Of a stretch of 64,000 nt of DNA, positions 41,583 through 48,691 are shown one piece after another. The DNA lies in IMG/VR virus record IMGVR_UViG_3300005466_000026, positions 1 through 64,000 of that record, one strand, 5' to 3'. The notes beneath the pieces were generated by a model that saw only the letters and a list, made by a program, of their open reading frames with translations, was not told where the DNA came from and did no database searches. Positions within the stretch are counted from its first letter, which is position 1, and each line of letters starts with the position of its first letter. The position numbers and the translations under genes are program-made. This DNA is from a virus.

Positions 41583-42085
41583 GATATCTTCACTCCCTTC
41601 ATCCACTCGTCGACCTTGACGTACTGATACAGCTCGTCCGCCATCTTGAGTGCGATCTCTCTGGTGTCGCGCATGGGTATTGCGGCGTACTGATTACCCA
41701 TCATGAACTCGTGAAAGCAGAACTCGTACATCTCCAGCAGGTCGCAGATCTTGAACCGCTTCCACTCGTCCTCTCGCATCTGCGGCAGCTCGATCTGCTG
41801 ATGACCCAGACCCAGTCTCTCGGCCTCGTTGACAGCCGCGCCGTAGCCCTCGACTCGGTGCTTGCCGCCGAACGGAACGTCGCCGGCGAACTGCTCTCCC
41901 ATGTCGTGATGCAGGCAGTAGTAGAGAACCTCCGCGCGAGGAATACCGAACACCTCGCAGTAGATCTGCGCGACGCGACCCTGATGCTCGATCACGTTCG
42001 GCTTTCGCAGAGTCGGCCAAGTGTGCCATCGCGCCACCTGACCGGCTAGATGCCTTGATCTGTAGACTTGATCTCTAGTAACCAT
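41579..42085 (-). CDS. HD-domain 5'-deoxynucleotidase (YfbR-like)
   Basis: 'RW...EH', 'HHDMGE...GDVP...K', 'KICD.LE'. Confidence 0.85.
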   Translation of the reverse strand: MVTRDQVYRSRHLAGQVARWHTWPTLRKPNVIEHQGRVAQIYCEVFGIPRAEVLYYCLHHDMGEQFAGDVPFGGKHRVEGYGAAVNEAERLGLGHQQIELPQMREDEWKRFKICDLLEMYEFCFHEFMMGNQYAAIPMRDTREIALKMADELYQYVKVDEWMKGVKIS

Positions 42086-43237
42086 TCACATCCTCCTCGT
42101 CATCCACTCGGTGCACGCCACGCGCCAGTCCTCTGACTGGATCTCGTTGGCTGCAGCCACCGCTCTTATCTTCTGGCCGTCTCTCCACAGACGGTGCGAC
42201 CGAACAACCGGCTGAGCAACCTCGCAGAACCAGTCGTTCTCGCAATGTCTCAGAGGTACGTCGCTCTCTGTTCGGTAGCACTCGTCGTGCCACGACATGA
42301 ACTCGATGACGTCCTCGTCGGCCTTCTCTCCGACCGTGAATACCGGGCGCGTCTTCAGCCGAAGAGAGAAGTACCTGTCGTCGTGCAGGGCGCCGACTAT
42401 GCTGCTCTCCTCCTTGGCCATTCGCTTGGTCATAACGCCGAGCATCGTCTCGTACATGTGAAAGTTGTTCGAGAGAACGTACAGATCACCCATCGCCACG
42501 CCGACGCGAGCAGCCAGATACTCCTGCAGAAAGCTGAAGTGCACCGAGTTCGCGCCGTAGAGTCCCCAGACGATGTCGTTACTGCGGCAGCACACCGTCA
42601 TGTCCAGAACTCTGTTCCCCTTAGATATGACCACGCCGTCCGGCCAGTGATCTGGACCGTCTCCGCGCACTCTGAGATAGATGTGCGTGTTGCACGGTCT
42701 GTCCTTCCACTCGCCGGTGAGGTCCAGAGCGCCGACCTCCTGCTCGCCGACGTTGCCGTTACCCAGACTAACGGGCAGCGTGACGCTGGAGCAGTCCCAC
42801 ATCTGGATGACGCACTGACGCGTCCCCGGGTCCTTGATCAGCCGATCCACGACCGCTCCCAGCTGATCAAGTCCGAAGCGGAAGCGCCATCGGTGTCCGT
42901 ACGCTCCGTGGATCTGACCCCCGGCCTCCCAGTTCGCGCTCCCGCTGGCGCTCTCGGCGAACCGCTGGCCGAAGTCCGTCACGTAGTGGTTCAGCGTCTC
43001 GGCGTCGTCCCTGCCAGCCAGCATCCAGATGGCCTCCACGACGTGAAAGAATGGATTGGCATCTCTCACCTTGCTGAAGACCACGCGCTCCCACGGTCTC
43101 TTGAGGCGCGTGACGACGGGACCGGGGGCGACTAGGCAGGGACCCGCCCGAGTCTTCTCGAGCAGGCCGGAGTTGATTAGCAGGTGCACTCCCTTCGGGA
43201 GTGCCGCCGCTGAGTTCGTGGTGTCGATGACGTGCAT
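42086..43237 (-). CDS. Thymidylate synthase-fold enzyme, probable dUMP hydroxymethylase
   Basis: 'RDANPFFH..E..WMLAG', 'GAYGHRWR', catalytic 'PCN', 'RSNDIVWGLYGAN' (Asn at the specificity site means dUMP), 'NNFHMY'. Confidence 0.85.
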   Translation of the reverse strand: MHVIDTTNSAAALPKGVHLLINSGLLEKTRAGPCLVAPGPVVTRLKRPWERVVFSKVRDANPFFHVVEAIWMLAGRDDAETLNHYVTDFGQRFAESASGSANWEAGGQIHGAYGHRWRFRFGLDQLGAVVDRLIKDPGTRQCVIQMWDCSSVTLPVSLGNGNVGEQEVGALDLTGEWKDRPCNTHIYLRVRGDGPDHWPDGVVISKGNRVLDMTVCCRSNDIVWGLYGANSVHFSFLQEYLAARVGVAMGDLYVLSNNFHMYETMLGVMTKRMAKEESSIVGALHDDRYFSLRLKTRPVFTVGEKADEDVIEFMSWHDECYRTESDVPLRHCENDWFCEVAQPVVRSHRLWRDGQKIRAVAAANEIQSEDWRVACTEWMTRRM

Positions 43238-43253
43238 CTGTGGCTCCTGTCGG

Positions 43254-43532
43254 TCAGAACGGTATCTCGTCGTCGTCCACCTCGGTGCGGCGTTTGCCGC
43301 CTCCGAAGGACGGCTTGTCGTCGCCGCTGCCGCTGCGCTCTGCGCGCTCCTTCGGCTCGAACAGCATGATAACTATCTTGTTCTCCTTCTTGGGGTCCGG
43401 GACGGGGACGCTGTCCAGGTAGATAGTGATCTGTCCCTTGTCGTTCTGGTGAGCCTGTCCTACTCGGTGCCACCAGACACCGTCCTCGTTGTACTTAGGT
43501 CTCGGAGTCATCGCGTCGTATCTCTTCGGCAT
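43254..43532 (-). CDS. Small OB-fold-like protein with an SSB-type acidic tail
   Basis: 'W.RVG.A...KGQITIYLD..P'; C-terminus DDDEIPF. Confidence 0.6.
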   Translation of the reverse strand: MPKRYDAMTPRPKYNEDGVWWHRVGQAHQNDKGQITIYLDSVPVPDPKKENKIVIMLFEPKERAERSGSGDDKPSFGGGKRRTEVDDDEIPF

Positions 43533-43974
43533 GTGGCTGTCCCTTGAGATAGAGTTCTTCCAGCAGTATCGCCGCCAGACCCGCGCACTCTGGATCGTTG
43601 TACCAGCGGCACAATCCAGAGGGATGAGGTAGCTGCCGCCATGTGCATCCGTTCATCTGAACAGGGTGAATAAGTATCTTGGGGAGCTCCAGTGCACTGC
43701 GCACCTGCTCCCCGAACACGACAATGGTACGTCCGGCGTAGAGCGAAGGAAAACGCTCCGCCGCTGCCTTGGCCACCGGCCTGCTCCACGTTCTGGAGTT
43801 GATCAGGTTGAGCCGCTCGAAGCCGTCCATGTATCCCTTTCGCGTGACCTGCGGCTGGCGCGTCTGCAGAAGCCTCCAGAGACGGTAGCCGCTGCTCCCG
43901 GACGGGAACGGAGCGAGCGCGTACCTGGGATCCGCCGACAGCGGATTGTTCATTCCCAGCAGTACGGCCCTCAC
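43495..43974 (-). CDS. Uracil-DNA glycosylase superfamily protein
   Basis: 'LLGMNNP', 'SG.RL', 'IVVFG', 'LPHPSG...WYN'; GTG start overlapping the upstream stop. Confidence 0.65.
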   Translation of the reverse strand: MRAVLLGMNNPLSADPRYALAPFPSGSSGYRLWRLLQTRQPQVTRKGYMDGFERLNLINSRTWSRPVAKAAAERFPSLYAGRTIVVFGEQVRSALELPKILIHPVQMNGCTWRQLPHPSGLCRWYNDPECAGLAAILLEELYLKGQPHAEEIRRDDSET

Positions 43975-44519
43975 ACCAGATTGAGCCACCGAAACACCTT
44001 CGCGAACACCTGCTCGCGGGATCCTAAAAAGCATTCCACCTTCTCCTCTTGAAAGTCGTAGTAGTGTCTGCGACTCTTTCTGTGCAGCGCCTCGATAGTC
44101 TTCTCCTGGATCTTGTGACCGCGCTCACGAACGGCCTTGACGCAGTCCTCCAGAGGCTCGTCTATCAGGGCGACCGCTATCGGTAGTCCGGCGTCCCGAA
44201 GATCGAGCAGGTTCTGTGGCTTGTCGGTGAAGTTCTTTCCCTCGTAGAGCACGTTGCATCCGAGCTCCAGAGCGTGGATCCTCATCAGTTCGTACGCCAG
44301 CGGTAGACTAGGCAGCGTGTCCAGTCCGCCGTTCGCTATCTCGTAGTGTCCGGGAACGTACAGATGCTTCTCGTTGATGTTGTTGTGAGTCAGGATGTAT
44401 CCGGCAGGCTTCTGTCTGCCGGGATACTCCAGCTTGCGGCTCACCGGATAGAAGGACATGATCCTGCGGACCAGATGCGACTTGCCCGCGCCGTTCGTTC
44501 CCAGGAGACTGATTATCAT
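43971..44519 (-). CDS. P-loop nucleotide kinase of the 5-hmdU DNA kinase type
   Basis: Walker A 'GTNGAGKS', 'G.Y....GGLD', 'VLYEG', 'C...V.ER'. Confidence 0.7.
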   Translation of the reverse strand: MIISLLGTNGAGKSHLVRRIMSFYPVSRKLEYPGRQKPAGYILTHNNINEKHLYVPGHYEIANGGLDTLPSLPLAYELMRIHALELGCNVLYEGKNFTDKPQNLLDLRDAGLPIAVALIDEPLEDCVKAVRERGHKIQEKTIEALHRKSRRHYYDFQEEKVECFLGSREQVFAKVFRWLNLV

Positions 44520-44893
44520 GAGTGCTGATCCAGCTGACTGATCTCGTGCATGTTCGCCAGCGCGAACTCTCGACGGTCCTTCTTGTCCATGTCGTAGCAC
44601 ATCAGCAGCCACTGAGGAGTCTCGTACCACTCGCTGGTTCCCCACCGCACGCTGATGGGATTAACTGTTCGCCAGCTGAACGAGCCGCGATAGTTGACGT
44701 AGCTGAAGCGAAGAGTCTGCGTCGGCCGAGCCTCGTCCTGATGCATCTCCAGTATGCGAGCCAGCGCGGACAGATGATTGGTCGCCGAGGTGATCACCTC
44801 TCGAGCTCCCGTGTAGGACCATGCCGGATGCTCGCGACATAGCCTCTCGATGCTGGCGGCTAGATCTCTCAGGCTATGCTTCTGCGCTGGCAT
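44516..44893 (-). CDS. Stand-alone WYL-domain protein
   Basis: 'FSYVNYRG...RTVNP......W..PQWLL.CYD.DK..RREFAL'. Confidence 0.75.
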   Translation of the reverse strand: MPAQKHSLRDLAASIERLCREHPAWSYTGAREVITSATNHLSALARILEMHQDEARPTQTLRFSYVNYRGSFSWRTVNPISVRWGTSEWYETPQWLLMCYDMDKKDRREFALANMHEISQLDQHS

Positions 44894-45953
44894 CGTCGCC
44901 TCCTCTGGGTCCCTGATAGGCTGGCACCGGCTCGCGATCCTTCCACGGCAGACGCACCACCTTGTCGCGCTGACCATGCGAGAGAGCCTCCTGGATGTCT
45001 GCCGCCGTCTGCGCGTCGGGCTTGTGCAGCTTGCCCTGACCCATCAGGTCCGGAAGCAGGCCGACGCGATAGCTGCGATGATTGCACCCTCGGCACGGCG
45101 TGAAGTCGCGCTCGCCGCGTATCAGCTTCTCCCTGGCGGCTCCCATCGCGTCGCCCTGCCACAGCTCACCGATGTTGGTCTCGTTCGTGTTGCCCACGAA
45201 GTACGGACTGTCCCACGTGTTGCAGCACAGAGGAACGTTGCCGTCCCAGTGAATGGCGATCTGCCTGAACGGATGATGACACCGCTTGCCTGCCATACTG
45301 TCGTCGGGCGCGAAGGCGAGGCCAGCGTAGTTGAACACCTTGCCGTGATTGCCAATCTTCTTGTCGGCCGCCTGCGACGCGAGATCCCGTATCTTCACCA
45401 GCGTCCTCGTGCCCGGTCTTCGGCGCTTGTGCGGGTTCCCGCGAATGTCCCGCGGATAGTCGTAGTAGGTGAAGCCAAGAGGATGCTTGACGCCCGATCG
45501 CAGCTTGCCCTTCTCCTCGATGGCCGCGATGACCTTCTCCACGAACTTCACGTTCTCGTAGTCGTCCAGCCCGAGGACGCTGACGCCAGCGTCGAACAGC
45601 GCTGTCACGTTCACCACCGGACCCGGCTTCCTGAGTAGTCCCCCGGCGTTGGTCAGCATCGTGATGTGCGCCTTCGGCAGACACTCGCGAGTGGCCGCCA
45701 TCATCCCCACGTAGTCCGGATGCATGGTGGGCTCACCGCGCATGGCGAAGCCGACGCGACAGTTCCAGCCGAGAGCTCTCACGTCCGTGAGCGCCTTGAC
45801 CAGCGTCTCCTTCTTCATGAACTCGTATCCCTTGCCCTGCTTCTCCTGTATCGCGGAGACCGCGCAGAAAGGACAGTTTAGATTACAGCCGCGCGTCAGC
45901 TCCAGCGTGACGTTGAACGGGGGTTCCTGAGTACGGTATCTTCGGCGCGTCAT
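44874..45953 (-). CDS. Radical SAM enzyme with SPASM/twitch domain
   Basis: CxxxCxxC 'CNLNCPFC', 'GEP', 'TNA'; 'C..PF...I.WDG.V.LCC...GN...W', 'C..C'. Confidence 0.9.
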   Translation of the reverse strand: MTRRRYRTQEPPFNVTLELTRGCNLNCPFCAVSAIQEKQGKGYEFMKKETLVKALTDVRALGWNCRVGFAMRGEPTMHPDYVGMMAATRECLPKAHITMLTNAGGLLRKPGPVVNVTALFDAGVSVLGLDDYENVKFVEKVIAAIEEKGKLRSGVKHPLGFTYYDYPRDIRGNPHKRRRPGTRTLVKIRDLASQAADKKIGNHGKVFNYAGLAFAPDDSMAGKRCHHPFRQIAIHWDGNVPLCCNTWDSPYFVGNTNETNIGELWQGDAMGAAREKLIRGERDFTPCRGCNHRSYRVGLLPDLMGQGKLHKPDAQTAADIQEALSHGQRDKVVRLPWKDREPVPAYQGPRGGDDASAEA

Positions 45954-46900
45954 AGGTTCTTCTCCAGTCTGTTGTAGGCCTCTAGGACCTTGTCCTTCAG
46001 ATCTCGCTTCTCGCGAGCAGCCTTCAGCCACCATCGGTCCTGCTGCTCCTTCAGTATCTCTGCCCGTCTGGACATCCTGCGCTGAACGGAGGCCGCGTTG
46101 CTGACCAGGAAGTCTCCTGGGTCATAGCCTGCCTTGCGCAGCGTGTAGCCCGCCTCCTCCTGGAACACCATAGGAAGTCCGCCGCTGAGCATCTCGTAGA
46201 AGCGGTTGGGAGGCGAGTGGAAGTTGCTGTGCGACTTGGCGTCCTCGAGATAGAGGCCGAGGCCGTGCCGTCCCAGCTCGGAGTGCAGATCCTCTATCTT
46301 CTTGACGTGTCGCACGTTGGGTCCGTTGTACTTCTGCTCGAACCGACTTGTCGGCGAGGAGATGGTTATGGGCAGCGACGGACTGTTGAAGAACTTGTCG
46401 AACGCCTTGGTTCGGCCGGCTCGGAAGCTTCCGTAGTAGAAGAGGTCTCCGGCGTCCTTCTTATTCAGAGGCGGCTTCTCCTCCTCGAACCCCAGAGCGT
46501 TCCAGTTTATCAGCGAGCTGAGAGTCGTGAGCTTGCTCTCCCTCTCGCAGGTCGTCCAGAACTCCAGGTGCGACTTACCCGCCTTGCGTCGGTCGACGAA
46601 CGCCTTGCGGAACGGCGACGTAGCGTCGCCGTCGTTGATGGGCGGAACTATGGTGTAGTCCTGCTGTATCCAGACGATGCGCCTGACGCCGCGTATGGCG
46701 TGCGACAGCGGCTCTAGATGCTTGCAGAAGGCGTATGCCCCGTTCACTATGAAGAGGACGTCCGCCGTCTTGTAGAGCTCAATGGTCTCGTCGTCCACCA
46801 GCGGCAGGTCCAGCGTCTTGCTGAGAAAGAACGCCGCCTTGACCGACGCGACCATCGACTTCTCGCTGCACGCTATGAAGCTGAATATGGCTGCCTTCAC
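45950..46900 (-). CDS. T4 beta-glucosyltransferase-like DNA glycosyltransferase (GT-B)
   Basis: Colinear similarity with T4 BGT as recalled: MKAAI~MKIAI, DVLFIVN~DRLIVVN, DLFYYGSFRAGR~DVIYGGSFRSGQR, NRFYEMLSG.LPMVFQEE~LRVWETMASDAVMLIDEE, FLVSN~FYVNN. Confidence 0.75.
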   Translation of the reverse strand: MKAAIFSFIACSEKSMVASVKAAFFLSKTLDLPLVDDETIELYKTADVLFIVNGAYAFCKHLEPLSHAIRGVRRIVWIQQDYTIVPPINDGDATSPFRKAFVDRRKAGKSHLEFWTTCERESKLTTLSSLINWNALGFEEEKPPLNKKDAGDLFYYGSFRAGRTKAFDKFFNSPSLPITISSPTSRFEQKYNGPNVRHVKKIEDLHSELGRHGLGLYLEDAKSHSNFHSPPNRFYEMLSGGLPMVFQEEAGYTLRKAGYDPGDFLVSNAASVQRRMSRRAEILKEQQDRWWLKAAREKRDLKDKVLEAYNRLEKNL

Positions 46901-47106
46901 GTCTCACCTCTCTGCTTCTGGAAGTCCCTGACTTGGTTAATTATCCTCTGCTTCGCGCCCGAAGCCAAGTTCTGAATGGCTCTCTGCTGCCAGCACGTGG
47001 GATCTCGCGGCGGCAGATGCGAGACGTAGTCTGCGTAGCTGAGAACGTCTCCGTAGTCGGAGTCCGTGTCCCGAGCGATCTTGAGAAGCGGATAGCTGGT
47101 GCTCAT
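46897..47106 (-). CDS. Hypothetical protein
   Basis: 69 aa, coupled on both sides by 4-nt overlaps. Confidence 0.55.
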   Translation of the reverse strand: MSTSYPLLKIARDTDSDYGDVLSYADYVSHLPPRDPTCWQQRAIQNLASGAKQRIINQVRDFQKQRGET

Positions 47107-47717
47107 CTTCGGTCCATTCTCAGGACGTGCCAGCCTGCCTCGAAGATCGGCACGTCACCCGTGATCTTGAAGCCGCCGCGACTGATCATGGCCAGGAACT
47201 TCTTCCTGTCGTGCTCTGCCGTGTTGCTCTTCAGCACGTACTTGTCGCCGAAGCGTATCGTGCAGATGATGGACCTCTTCGCGAGCTTCATGAAGCCCCT
47301 CATGGCCGCCTGCATGGAGGGCTCGTCGATGAGGTCCAGGAACCGCACCGCCACGATCACGTCGGAGGGTGGCAAGCCCTCCAGCTTTCTGGCGTCGCCG
47401 ACCTGCAGGACGTAGGACGGCGGCACCTTCTTGTTCTTCAGCTTCCCCTTAGCTATGGCGAGCATCTGCTCCGAGGAGTCTACGCCCGTAACGGTGGCCA
47501 CGCTCAGCTGATGATACAGATAGAAGAACCTGCCGGTTCCCACCGGGCAATCGATCACGGTCTGCGGCCTCAGCTCGGTGAGCATGTCCTCGACCGCCGC
47601 GTTCTCCTCGCCCCATCGTATCTGCTTCTTGCGCTTGGCCTCGTAGCCGCTCGCCATCTTACCGCGATACTTTCTCGCGGTCCTGTCTCCCAGATTGAAT
47701 GCCGCAGATGGTCTCAT
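47103..47717 (-). CDS. Class I SAM-dependent methyltransferase (small-molecule type)
   Basis: 'VIDCPVGTGRF', 'GVDSSEQML', 'GDA', 'DVIVAVRFL'; no DPPY/NPPY or m5C 'PC' catalytic motif. Confidence 0.85.
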   Translation of the reverse strand: MRPSAAFNLGDRTARKYRGKMASGYEAKRKKQIRWGEENAAVEDMLTELRPQTVIDCPVGTGRFFYLYHQLSVATVTGVDSSEQMLAIAKGKLKNKKVPPSYVLQVGDARKLEGLPPSDVIVAVRFLDLIDEPSMQAAMRGFMKLAKRSIICTIRFGDKYVLKSNTAEHDRKKFLAMISRGGFKITGDVPIFEAGWHVLRMDRR

Positions 47718-47912
47718 CTATCTCCTCCCCTTGCTGTCGAAGACTACTCTTCCGGTTGATCTCTCGAAGCACGTGACCGCCGCGCTGCTGTTTCTAGCCA
47801 TCGCGCCCACGAACTCCTTGCAGGCTTCCTTGCTGTCGAACTTGACCTGCTTCGGCTCCTCGCATCCGAGGAAGCTGCAGAACGTTATGAGTACGAAGAA
47901 TGGACTTTCCAT
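47718..47912 (-). CDS. Small Cys-containing hypothetical protein
   Basis: Hydrophobic N-terminus, 'F.S.EAC' motif. Confidence 0.45.
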   Translation of the reverse strand: MESPFFVLITFCSFLGCEEPKQVKFDSKEACKEFVGAMARNSSAAVTCFERSTGRVVFDSKGRR

Positions 47913-48691
47913 GTCACTTCTCCTAATTGCTGCTTCATCTTCATGCCTTTATTCCACGGTTCTCGTCCTTTCATTGCGGCACTCATTTTTGCACGAGACT
48001 CAAGAGTGTGCTTCTTACCTTTTCTCTTCGACGGTTTTCCTTTCTGTGCTGCGCTCATCTTAGCTCGAGACTCAGCTGTATGTTTCCGACCTGCTATCCA
48101 GGGAATTTGACCCTTATGAACATCACTCATCTTTTTTCGGTGCTCAGGATTTTCCCACGCCTTCTTGATTAAATCTTTCAATATGATTGAGCCTCTCTCA
48201 CGATAATCAGGATCTTTCCATCTTTCTTTTGACTCTCTTCTCATTTTATTCGCTTGGCGCTCTCGATACTCTGGATCTTTCCACTGCTCTTTTAATTGCC
48301 TTGTCATAGAAGCACTCCTACGCTCACGAAATTCAGAGGACTCCCATAGCTTCACGACTGCTAGTCTCATTGCTTCACGTGAAGCTTCTCTGGAGATAGC
48401 GTATTGCCAGCTAGAGCATGGTCTGCCTTGAGTCATTCTACTGAGTGCACTCACCATCTGATGATGTGCTCTGCCATCAAGAATAAATTTAGTCAAGAGC
48501 CAGTGTGCCAGAAAATGTTCTCGATAGGTCAGTGAGACCAAGTTCTCTGAGCTGTTATACCAGCTCGGATCTCCGCCGAAACTTCTAGGGTTTCGGTGAT
48601 GTCTCTCGTAACGTACTCCTGGTTCGCGCTCGCGGCTCGCGGCGCGATCCATGATCTGCGTGTACCAGAGACGATACTTCTCAGTGCTCAC
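47885..48691 (-). mobile_element. Free-standing HNH homing endonuclease with NUMOD3 repeats
   Basis: 'YERHH..PRSFGG...ENLVSLT.REHFLAHWLL'; repeated 'GRKHTAESRAKMSAA', 'PWNKG'; markedly AT-rich. Confidence 0.85.

Noticed and set aside
42086-43237. T4-like glucosyl-hmC system
   Set aside because: The specificity residue is Asn (dUMP-type), and the neighbours are hmU-pathway genes
47103-47717. Restriction-modification DNA methyltransferase
   Set aside because: Lacks the m6A/m4C (D/N)PP(Y/F) and m5C PC motifs and has no target-recognition domain
47885-48691. Group I intron carrying the homing endonuclease
   Set aside because: The flanking genes look complete and overlap the ORF ends, leaving no room for an intron core
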